Source: Eledone cirrhosa
Taxonomy: Eukaryota
Direction: 5' to 3'
DNA length: 64,000 nt
NCBI GenBank assembly: GCA_964016885.1
Contig: OZ024741.1
Span: 366,296,001-366,360,000 of the forward strand
In this document: positions 28,022-39,119 of the stretch, piece after piece
How the letters are laid out: each line of letters opens with the position of its first letter
Numbering within the stretch: position 1 is the stretch's first letter
Notes under the pieces: model-generated
What the model was told of the DNA's origin: nothing
Seen by the model: only the letters and a program-made list of their open reading frames with translations
The model's database searches: none
Position numbers and translations under genes: made by a program

Positions 28022-28651
28022 AAGAATGAGAAATAAGATAGATTGAAGGGACAGGCAGGGTGGAATTGGAAAAAGATGTCTTTAGATAAAAAAAAATAAC
28101 AGGTCCATTCATATTGACATCTCTTGGAAAACTGTTATGCTGGCGTTTTGTGTATGATTGATTTTTTTTAGAAAAGTGGATGATGGAGCGTGTCTACCTG
28201 AAATCGAAAAAAAAAAACGTTTTGTACAAAGAGCTATACTTGTGCGCGTGCATATACATGTGTGTATTGTGTGTGTGTGTGTTATTATACACATAAGAAA
28301 TGTGTGTGTGTATATGTTAATATAAAGGTGTTAATATAAAAGTATGTTAATATAAGGGTGTGTATGTGTGTATACAGAGCTGTGAAGGGAAAAGTAGAGT
28401 GTGCATATTTTGTCAGACGGACCAATTAAAGCTGTACCATGCCGATGACAAATCGTCATCCGTTTGTTCAACACTGGCATTGAGGGACAATGTACATGTT
28501 TCTGGGTCATTACACTTCATCAGAACTGTATACTATGCCAATATGTTGAACGGTTGAAGATATATAGTATTTCCTTAAGTACACATCGGCTGAGTAGCCT
28601 TATTTGCATACCGAGCGAGTTACGGCTGATACATAAATGTAAGTATGCATA

Positions 28652-28714
<63 letters not shown>

Positions 28715-28736
28715 ACACACAAATATATATATATAT

Positions 28737-29295
28737 AATATTTAATACTGCCGGCACTAGTATCGAGCACCTTTGGCATACTCTACTTGGCAAATAACTA
28801 TATGTATCACCTATCCCCCCTTTTTTTCTCTTTCTCGATACGTAAATACTATATTACCGTGCTCCTTTTGTAGAGCATCTCACCTTATTTGCCATTATGT
28901 TGGAGAACCAGCCGTTACCCATGTCTCTCAAGTGTATCCCCTTACCCAGCAGAAAAACCTACCTTAAACTGCTTATAGACGCTGTGGATTTAACCCAAAA
29001 AACTCTTTCCGAGCAATATAAGGAACACTTGTTATTATTTATGCCCTTGAGAAGCCCAACTGGGCGAAACGTACGTAGGTGATATTTTAAATAAACATGT
29101 TTTAACGGTCTATTCTCCGATTTTTTTACTTTCCCACGTGCTTACGCTCTGCTAACTCTCTAGCCCACTAAATATTAACACTTCGAATATTTAATACTGC
29201 CGGCACTAGTATCGAGCACCTTTGGCATACTCTACTTGGCAAATAACTATATGTATCACCTATCCCCCCTTTTTTTCTCTTTCTCGATACGTAAA

Positions 29296-29302
<7 letters not shown>
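28737..29302 (+). mobile_element. Non-autonomous mini-Naiad (retrozyme-like) with 117-bp terminal direct repeats
   Basis: Direct repeats at 28737-28853 and 29186-29302; internal SLKCIPLPSRKTYLKLLIDA resembles the Naiad N-terminus; hammerhead at 29041-29083; (TA)n flanks. Confidence 0.72.
29041..29083 (+). ncRNA. Minimal hammerhead, U3-A8 core variant
   Basis: CC-TTGAGAA-GCCCA ac TGGGC-GAAA-CGTACG-TA-GG, followed by AATAAA; stem I is weak. Confidence 0.68.
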
Positions 29303-29364
<62 letters not shown>

Positions 29365-31021
29365 TAAATATACAGATGTACGTATGGGTTATATCGAACA
29401 CACATATATATATATATTGAAGAAGAAGATAAGGTGCTTATACGTAGTTGTTATGTTGTAACTTAGTTAGCATAAGCCTGTCGGAGAATTGAACATGCGC
29501 ACAGCTTTACAATCGTGAGCACAAAACCCTAACAATTACGTTACAGTCTTTCACTACCATTTAGATAGTATGGAACTAAACAAACAATGTTTCTTTGCAT
29601 TATATCAATTAGATTACCTCATTGAAAGTTTCTTTCTTCTTCTTAATACATATAATGATTTTCTTTGTGCGTTTTAAGTAGCGAGGATGGGTCTTTGTAT
29701 AAGATCGCAATACGTGTTTTAAAAAAATAGAACAAACACATGTTAGAAGAAAACAACAAAACCAAACCATTGCAAATGCAGATATCTCTAAGAACAGTTC
29801 TTGGCACACCAATTCACTGATAAATATTGTTATTTAAAGGTCAATAGCCATTTTCGAGTCTCTTCAACATATTAAGTCTTTTCTGTTTATTTCTTTTGAA
29901 GTTGGTCAATTCCTGGAAGTTATTTTGTTCTTACCATCGATTTGTAAGCGCTACGTCTACATCAAACACGTGTTTCGTTGTGTTTGTTATGTTTGTTAGT
30001 TGCAGCACCAAAACAACAGAGTTCAGTCTACAACAGCCTCTTTTGATTATTATACTAAGATGGTACAGATAACTTTTCTCTTTACACTTTCTTCTTTTCT
30101 TTCAGCTTAGTATTGATCGTAGCCATGTAAAACTGTTAAGATATTCTCCAATTGGAATTCTTGATAACTGTTGGTTAAGAGATAATGCCAGTGCACATAA
30201 TTACGTTTATAGCTTGTTTAAGATATTGTGTTAATGAATACTGTGTGTGCAGTACCAGATATCTTTCATAAATGAAGGATCCTCTAAGTATGTGGTAGTG
30301 AAGATTTTGGCCGCATTAAAATTCAAAACAGCCCGCTGACGAAGTCTCTATAACCTTTATAGAGATATCTGTACGTATTGAGATATCTGTGAGATTAAAT
30401 AGTTTGTTTTACAACCGAGTATGTCCGGATTCGATCCAGCTGCACAGCACTTTGAGCAATTGTGTTCTATTTCCGCATTAACATTGCGAGTGAAATTTAG
30501 CAGACTGAATCCCGGCAAAAACTTTTTTGTGTATATGCATATATTCTTGTGTGTGTAACCGTAGATGTATATAATCTCAGGATGCATAAATAACTTCGAG
30601 AAAAAACGAAACAGAGTTTTAAGAGCAAATTCACTTGGGTTACGCCCTTTCATGTCACTTTCGTCAACAAAAATGCAGAGAACCAGTGAATGGCCAATTG
30701 TAAACCTCTATCCAACAAAGATATTATTCACAAGTGACGAAGGAAATAAAGATAAATCGATAAACTGTAAGACTAAAACAGTAATGTAATATAAGTTGCT
30801 TATGCATGAATTTACAAAATGAAGGCTTCATTATTTTAGTCAGTACGTATGTACCCATACAGATTCTTTTGTGCTTGCACTTCACTCCTGGTACAAAAGC
30901 CGATTCCACGTCTACGTTATCAAACGTCTTGCTGAAAATGGCTGTCAAATTTCCCACAAATCTTACCCGAGGTGCTCATAGTGCTGAAACGCTTTTGATC
31001 ATAAGTCTATCTGCTGAGAGG

Positions 31022-31094
31022 GAAGAAGAAGAAGAAGAAGAAGAAGAAGAAGAAGAAGAAGAAGAAGAAGAAGAAGAAGAAGAAGAAGAAGAAG

Positions 31095-31143
<49 letters not shown>

Positions 31144-31170
31144 GCAGCAGCAGCAGCAGCAGCAACAGAA
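31022..31170. repeat. Compound microsatellite (GAA)n(CAA)n(CAG)n
   Basis: Read directly. Confidence 0.97.
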
Positions 31171-31989
31171 GAAATATTAATGAGAGAATGTGATAAGCTA
31201 TCAGTAGTTTAGATTCATTTATAAATTTTTATCCTGCTAACGCAGCTAACCAACTAACTATCAATACCATGCAAGCTTTGTTAGATGACAGTGATGGATG
31301 ATGCTTCCAGCTTTTTTGTTGTTGTTAGTTACGCATTGCTTTTCTTGCTATCTTTTTCTTTTTATCCTTTTAAAATATTTATGTGTCTTTCAAGTCAAAT
31401 AATGTAATGGTAATAAATACACGACTGCTAAGATGCGTCAACACTACAAGAATGTAATTACAATATGGACGTTCTTCTCTAAATCAATTCAGCCAATAGG
31501 AAAACCAACAAACAAAAGAAATAAAAAGAAAAAACATAATAGGGAGAAGAAAATAAACAACAAAAAGTTTTGTGTGAAATAAACAAATGCTTGTTTGTTT
31601 TTACTTTATAATATATTTTTGTTCCAGATTTACTATGCTATTTCTTTGCTGGGTCGATAGCCATTAAGTTCTATAATTGAAGAAATAAAAGAGGACTGGC
31701 CGTTAAGTTCCCGTTCCAAATAAACCAAAACACATTTGGGCAGACTGACAGACTGACAGACAGACAAACAAGCGACTTGACAGACATGCTCATGCGAATA
31801 TAAGAAAAATAACAGAAATATTAGGGGAGATAACCAAATTTATGAGCAATTTCTGTTGCATTGATTGCAAGCATAAAATATATTATCTGTAATCGTTCGA
31901 CTAATCAATTTATTTTCCAGTGTTCAATAGTTACTGTCGGAGAATCGAAAACTGTTTATATCATTTATGCCAATCTCCCAAATTCGTCG

Positions 31990-32560
31990 TCGCTGCCGGA
32001 TCGATTCCCTCTAACAATTCCTCCTTAAAAGGTACTTCCATTGGGTTCGGCATGTACTCCACCACCCTCAAGGTGAACTTATTTGCAAGGCAGTCGCACC
32101 GCAGTCTCGTCCGATATAACGTACATGTGGTGACAGAAGGATGTTTGCCACATGAAGTTATTTATTTCACTAATACGCGAATTCCTGTATGCTGACGATT
32201 CTGATCGTGTTTTCCACTGCAAGAGTAACATGCAACATCTCATGAATTCTTTCTCGAAGGCATGCTGTGCGTTGCGGCTATCAACCAGTCTGAAAAGACC
32301 GTGGTGATGAACCAACCTGCACCAGACAAAGCTGGTGAAAACGGGCACAGCGTACTTCGACTTGGCGAGGAGAGATGCCTTTGAGAGGAAGAAACAGGAC
32401 AGACTGAACAAAGCACGGCAGCCCCACCCTCCACCATATATGCAAATCCCAATGTGCCCCCCGGCTCTTTCGTGCATGAATTGGACTGATAAGTCACGTA
32501 TGATCACATAACTGAGGGAAACTGATCTGCTATGCTCTATCAAGTGGAAAAAGTCATATC
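31990..32560 (+). pseudogene. Internally deleted RTE-BovB-like LINE
   Basis: LVRYNVHV (APE start-like), LIREFLYADD...MQHLMNSFSKAC...KTVVMNQPAP (RT), CPRLFRA*IGLISHV*SH (C-terminal C2H2). Confidence 0.75.
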
Positions 32561-32999
32561 AAATTAAGAGTCGTTAAGACCATACTTGACCATAATTGCT
32601 TTATTACATGATATATATGTCTATTCCATGGTTCTGCATGTGACTTCATCAGATCCGAATACAATCATAGATGTAGTTATGCAATCATGGGGATGTCTCC
32701 TTCATTGCATAACTACTCCCAATCACCAAATTTTAGCCATGATAAACTACTGACATGAAGTGCTTTCGATCGTTCGAACCAGTTTATCCTCACTAAGTTA
32801 CAGCGTGTGTATGTGCGCGCGCGTGATTTTGTCGGCGTTTTTAAATTAGAGACATGTGTGTGTGTCACTGTTTTTAAGTGTGTGTGTGTCACTGCTTTTA
32901 AGAGACATATATGTGTGTTTCCCTTTCCTCCCTTTTACACACACATACATTCACATATATACATTGTGTGATGGATGGGTGGACAGAAGTCCCTCAAAT

Positions 33000-33620
33000 G
33001 TATACACATGTGAATGGAGTTCTACTGAAGCAGTTAGAGAAGTTCAAGTATCTTGGAGACGTGTTCATGGGTGATAGAATGCAGGAGGGTGAATTAAGTG
33101 CAAGAATTGCAAAAGCTGATGCAGTAATGCGCCAGCCTCAGCATTCAGCAATCAAAAGAAGGGGGTAGGTGTAAAAGCCAAACTCGCTGTCTTCCTGGTA
33201 TTCCTGCCAACTCTTACCGAGGATCATGAATCTTGAGTAATGATCAAAAGAATACAATTGCAAATAAAAGTGGCAGAAATGGGATTCTGGAGTAACGTTA
33301 CTCGATAAAGTGCATAGCTCAGAGACCAGAGACTCACTCCTGGTAGAGCCGCTACTTCTCCGAATTGAGAGATCACATGTGGTCAGAATGTCTCAGTAAA
33401 GAATCGCTGGACACATTTTACAGGCAAAACCAAACGGCAAGGGACCTAGAGGTAGACCCTAAAATCCATGCGCCTGGTTGGTCTCGCTTTCGGATCCTGC
33501 TGTTAGAGATGTTTGCTTCTGCGGTTAGAGATGTTTACTTCTGACAGACTCGCTGGAGAGTGTTTAAGAAGGGCTCTGTCTCCACGGCCCCCTCAGAAAT
33601 AAGTGGTCGAAGAAGAAGAT
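33000..33620 (+). pseudogene. RTE LINE 3' fragment
   Basis: LKQLEKFKYLG...ELSARIAKA...AEMGF...GVTLLDKVHS...HVVRM...GPRGRP; short GAA tail. Confidence 0.8.
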
Positions 33621-33737
33621 ATTGTCGATTTACTTTTTAATTTACATATATATATATATATTTGCGTATAATACCAATATGCACACTACAAATGCTAGCA
33701 GAAAAGCGCCCGCAGGCGGTTTTTCTGTTAGTAAAGG

Positions 33738-33868
33738 TAATTGTTTCTACTTTAGGCACAAAGCCAGCAATTACCCAGTGCATTACTGGTACTTTATTTT
33801 ATCGACCCCGTAAGGATGAAAGCCAAAGTCAACCTCGGCGGGATATGAACTCAGATCGTAAAGAGACG
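33738..33868 (-). mobile_element. 5'-truncated SINE family A
   Basis: Core match; TSD gttagtaaaggtaat. Confidence 0.82.
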
Positions 33869-34009
33869 TTAGTAAAGGTAATGAAGGCTTAACAAATAGT
33901 CCTTCTATTATTGTATTCACACTGTTTAGCTCTGCACCTCGCTACTGACGTGAACCTAAACATCAAGTGCTCACCTAGATAACTACAGTAACTACACCTT
34001 ACATTCCCT

Positions 34010-34051
<42 letters not shown>

Positions 34052-34844
34052 CAAATAGTGAAAACAGTAAAATTAAACAAAATACGTATGTTCATTCTAT
34101 TATAAATAGAATGAACATACGGAGAACTACCCCCCAGAAACGATCGTAAAATAATGAGTTTTACTATGAATTACCTGTATTTTGTTTCATTTCATTGTTT
34201 TCACTATTTGTATTATTTTGACTCTGCTTCCAATGAATTATATCGTTGAGATGTTGTATTTTAAACTTTGCTTCATGACATATTTTACATTTTGGTTTTG
34301 TAGATCTAGTAAGTTCTTTGTTGACGTGTTAAATTGTAAAATTATAATATTATAAAATTAAATTAAATTATCTAGAACTATCGAATCTCTGGCGGTTTGC
34401 AAGTAAATTCGGCCTACTTATATGAAATTAGCAAAGCACTCGATAAGTTAGGGCCTTAGAGTAATAACATACGTTTAAATAGCTTGACAAATCGAACATT
34501 ATGGTAGGCAAATCTAACACACAATACTATACCAAAGTAACGATAGAACTAACAGGTTGAGAAAAAAAATATATATATATAATACAAGTGGAAGCTTAGT
34601 AAAATCGAAGCTTTGGCACACAGGCAACAACCAAATAACCATCCTATTATTAAAATAATTGATGGGAAATTATAATAATAGATTATAATGAAAATCAACT
34701 GGTACGTGTGTTTTACTTGGCATCATGGCCCTCCCAAAATATAACAATATATATATGTGTGTGTGAGTGTGTGCGCATGTGTGTGTGGGTGTGTGTGTGT
34801 TTTACTTTCATTGTTATTATTGGCAGTATTATTTTGTACATAAA

Positions 34845-35035
34845 GAGCGGTGGATTGGCTGTATTGGTAGAGCGTTAGACACCATACTTTGCAGCATAGA
34901 GTTGTATCCCTTTATGGTCTGAGTTCAAATCCCGCCGAGATTAACTTTGCCTTTCATCCTTACGAAGCCGATAAAATAAAGTACCAGTAATGCACTGGGA
35001 TAACTGCTAGCCTTGTGCCAAAAAGTAGAAACAAG
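34845..35035 (+). mobile_element. SINE family A
   Basis: Full-length; flanking tattattttgtacata-like duplication. Confidence 0.85.
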
Positions 35036-35919
35036 TATTATTTTGTACATAATTATTAATTTATTTGAATATTCAATTTGCATAATATGTAATCTATAAC
35101 AAAAATATTGTGTGTATAGGCCATGATGTAGGAATACAAGCTAATATTATTCAAATGATAAATTCGTGCATTAATGTGTGTATGCGACTGTCGGTAATGG
35201 CACGGACCAACTAATGAAAGGCTGTCACGCCACCTTGCCACGTTCGACCGCTCTGTCTCTCCGATGTGCAGAACCCCAGGCGTATGCCAACACAAGATCC
35301 CAGCACTTCTGCTTCTTCATTTGTATGCTTATTTTTTTTTTTTTTGTTATATATATATATAATTTCCTTATTCTATTTTGTTATTAACTTCGTAATACTT
35401 AATTTAGAAAGGAAGAGCTGGGAGATTTACTCGCTACAACCAAGAAATAGTACTCTGGGAATATAACTCCAGCGTGAAATTGAAATTAAGGTAAACCGCA
35501 ATAAGCTGGTATGGAATATTGGCAAACATTTAATAAAGAAGGATTATGATTGGCGTGGACCTACTAAATCGAAGTTAAAATCAATAACCTTCGTATCAGA
35601 GAACATCGAAGCCGAAGAGATTTGTCTGTATGAGAATGTGTGTGTGTGAGAGTGAGTGAATGTGTGTGTGAAGGGTATCTATGTACGTGTGTGTGTGTGT
35701 GTGTGTGTTTGTGTGTTTGTGTGTTTGTGTGTGTGTAACTGTGTGTCTGTGTGCGTGTGAGGGTGTATGTGCCTGTGCGTGTGTCTGTGTGTGCGTGCAT
35801 GTGTGTGTGTATGTGCCTGTCTGTCTTTATGCCTGTGTGCGTGTGTATGTCTGTCTGTCGGTGTGTGCGTGCATGTGTGTGTGTATGTATGTCTCTGTGA
35901 GTGTGTGTGTGTGATTCTG

Positions 35920-36290
35920 TGTGATGGCATGTCGGTTTAGTATTTAGTGTTCGACTAACGATCGTAACATGGTTAGTTCATGTGTGTGGGGGGGGGGTGT
36001 AATTCTGTGTGATGGCATGTGGTTTAATGTTTAGAGTGTTCGGCTAACTATCGTAACAAGATTAGTTCAATTTCCAGTGGTGTATTGTGTTAGTAAGCAA
36101 GACATATTCAACGTTACACCAGCTGAAAAATATAAATGTCCCTCTGATTCAAAGGGACAGCCTTGTTTTCACATTTTGCCATGCTGAATCTCACCAGGAA
36201 CTAAGTTAAAGTTATATGTGTTTGTGGTGTGCTCTGCAACTTGCACGTAAATTTCATGAATAGGCCGTTCCGTTGTTAGAAGAATAACTG
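35920..36290 (+). mobile_element. Old tRNA-derived SINE (family C), head partly duplicated
   Basis: Degenerate A/B boxes; body TGATTCAAAGGG...GCTGAATCTC...CTTGCAC...AATTTCA recurs three times at 54770-55400. Confidence 0.55.
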
Positions 36291-37067
36291 GAACAATCTT
36301 CATAGGAATCTACGAAGATCCAATAAACACGTGCCTGCGTACATGTGAGAGAATAAGTGATTGAATGTGCGTCAATATCTGCGTGTATGTATGCGTGCAT
36401 GTGTGTGAGTGCGCATAGGTATGTATGCATATGTATGTGTGTGTATGTATATGAGAGAAGCAAAGAATATCATGATAAACAATTTATTTTTATGCTCATC
36501 CACAGTTCCTTTCGTTGTGATCCAATCAAGGCATAAGTGGGGTGGGATTATTACGGTATTAAAAGGTTTTTATGAGGAGGCGGAGATTTTAAATGGAAAA
36601 TGTGCTTGAAAGACTTGATTGCGCATAATTCGACTGCAGATTCTCATGTAGACCTTCTGTCTTTGATATTTATTTTGTGTATTGTTAGTAAGGCGCGAGG
36701 AAGCTTACAGCGGATCTCATAACGTTGTGAAATTATCAGGGATGTTCTCCCCCTCTCTATAAGACTACATATCTAATCACATTTTGTGAAGCTGGTGGTT
36801 ATTTGAAGATAATAGAGCATACATTGTCATCGCCATTTACACTAACTGGATTCCTGCGGTCATTTCTTCTAGTTTCGCATGGTACATAATCATCGTTAGG
36901 TCAGCTGGACATGTAAGAGTTAAATGGGAAAAGTCAAATACAATGATCAAAGAATACACAGATAAACGTAAAGTGAAATATTAATGAAACTTTAATTAAG
37001 TGGTCAGTCATTGTCTTTACCGCCATCTTGATCACACACAGACACACACACACACACACACACCACA

Positions 37068-37100
<33 letters not shown>

Positions 37101-37104
37101 CACA

Positions 37105-37162
<58 letters not shown>

Positions 37163-37403
37163 TATATGTGTTGATGAAATGGTACCACAGTGGTCTGGAT
37201 AACCAAAGATGTGGGTTCGACTCCCATGTACGTCAATATTCATCTTTTTCCATTTATCTGAGGGTTCTAAACCCCACTATCAGGCTAAAATTTCTTTAGT
37301 CAAGAATACGGTGAAAGCTATTCTATTTTATAATTTCAAACCTGCTGACTGTTTCAAAACATACTTACTTGTCATATATATATATACATATATATATATA
37401 TAC

Positions 37404-37541
<138 letters not shown>

Positions 37542-37545
37542 GTTT

Positions 37546-37861
37546 ATGTATAATAAAGCCAAAACAATGCAGGTATGGACATAGAATAGAGAATGCAAAT
37601 GCAAAAGATTTTGTTGACAATTAGTCTTTTACCTTAGATTTATTTAAATGTCCTAAATAGCTTGCCAAGTCATGCTGACTTGGCAAGCTATTTAGAACAC
37701 TGGTTTAAGCGCTTTACTTCCCTCCGAAGAAGAGATATTATCTCGAAAATTAAGGACATTTAAATAAATCTAAGGTAAAAGACTAATTGTCAACAATATC
37801 TTTTGCATTTGCATTCTTTATTCTATGTCCATACCTGCATTGTTTTGGCTTTATTATACAT
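37546..37861. repeat. Fold-back: 109-bp inverted arms around a spacer with a 20-bp hairpin and a hammerhead-like motif
   Basis: Arms 37546-37654 and 37753-37861; hairpin 37653-37695; CCT-CcGAAGA-A-GAGATA t TATCTC-GAAA-AT-TA-AGG at 37721-37755. Confidence 0.85.
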
Positions 37862-38062
37862 ATACAAACGTTTAGACCTCATTTACACAATGCTTCAAGT
37901 GAACTATAACTTCCTCCATATATATATATATGTGTGTGTGTATATATACATATATACAAATTTTAGTACAGCATTAACGAAGCTTTTGGCTGCGGCTAAG
38001 TTAACGAATGCAAGTTCGGAATGTAGCTTTAGCACTTGATAGAGAATAATACCCCAGAGTAA

Positions 38063-38262
38063 NNNNNNNNNNNNNNNNNNNNNNNNNNNNNNNNNNNNNN
38101 NNNNNNNNNNNNNNNNNNNNNNNNNNNNNNNNNNNNNNNNNNNNNNNNNNNNNNNNNNNNNNNNNNNNNNNNNNNNNNNNNNNNNNNNNNNNNNNNNNNN
38201 NNNNNNNNNNNNNNNNNNNNNNNNNNNNNNNNNNNNNNNNNNNNNNNNNNNNNNNNNNNNNN
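38063..38262. other. Assembly gap (200 N)
   Basis: Run of N. Confidence 1.
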
Positions 38263-38724
38263 GCATTTTCACCTTCACCGCCACCGCTCACTAAACTGAC
38301 GCCATCATTACCACCACTATCCCATCACCGCCGCCACCACCCCTTGACTCCTTCACTGCTGCTGCCACCGCTACAGCACCATCACTACAGTAATACGGCT
38401 CAAATATTCAAATATTCAACTTTGTATTGTACACTGTATATCCAAAAAAAAAAATAAAATGGCTATAAATGGAAGAAGAAGAACCCCCCCCCCTCCTCTC
38501 CTCTGGCTACACTATATAGGACAGCGAAACTCACCAACACCAGAAACTAGATACACCCACCCACCCCATCATCTGTGTACACTAAACACAACAGCATTTT
38601 CACCTTCACCGCCACCGCTCACTACGGCCATCATTACCACCACTATCCCATCACCGCCGCCACCACCCCCTGACTCCTTCACTGCTGCTGCCACCGCTAC
38701 AGCACCATCACTACAGTAATACGG
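38263..38724 (+). repeat. ~135-bp direct duplication (38263-38398 and 38594-38724) beside the gap
   Basis: Near-identical CCA/CCG-rich segments. Confidence 0.85.
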
Positions 38725-39119
38725 TCGCATCACGCCACCACTGCCTCGGTAATCGACATCACCGCCACCACTGTCTCAGTATCGCCAACGCCGCTAGTCT
38801 CTGCTGGCTACCCACTTCCACATTATAGAATTCCTACTACCAACAAAGAGGAAGGCATCAAAATATATAGATAGACTCAAAGGAAAAAAGAAAAAACAAA
38901 CAACAAAAGCAGCACAGCAAACAACAGTAAAAAACGAGGAAAAACAGAGAAAAACAAAAACAAAAAAAGAAACCCCAAAAACGTAAAGAAAATAAGAATG
39001 AAGAGAGAAGCAGGCGGACGGACAGAGAAGAGGGGGGGAAAAAGTAAAACTTAAAAAACAAAAACTAAGTCAGACATTCGAATACTACATTACAATAAAA
39101 CTTATGCTTATTCATTTTT

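Noticed and set aside
29960-30365. Partial hammerhead-like strings (GAAACACGTGTT on minus; CTGACGA plus hairpin on plus)
   Set aside because: Each lacks the other half of the core or stem I.
30806-31180. PolyE/polyQ ORF as a host exon
   Set aside because: Compound trinucleotide repeat without recognisable coding context.
34086-34120. Short perfect palindromes here and near 58712-58740
   Set aside because: Isolated AT-rich hairpins with no associated structure.
37170-37235. tRNA gene (GTTCGACTCC B-box)
   Set aside because: No complete cloverleaf; more likely a SINE head, like the other B-box hits.
38263-38724. Proline-rich ORF and duplication as a gene
   Set aside because: Low complexity and adjacent to a gap; may be an assembly overlap.
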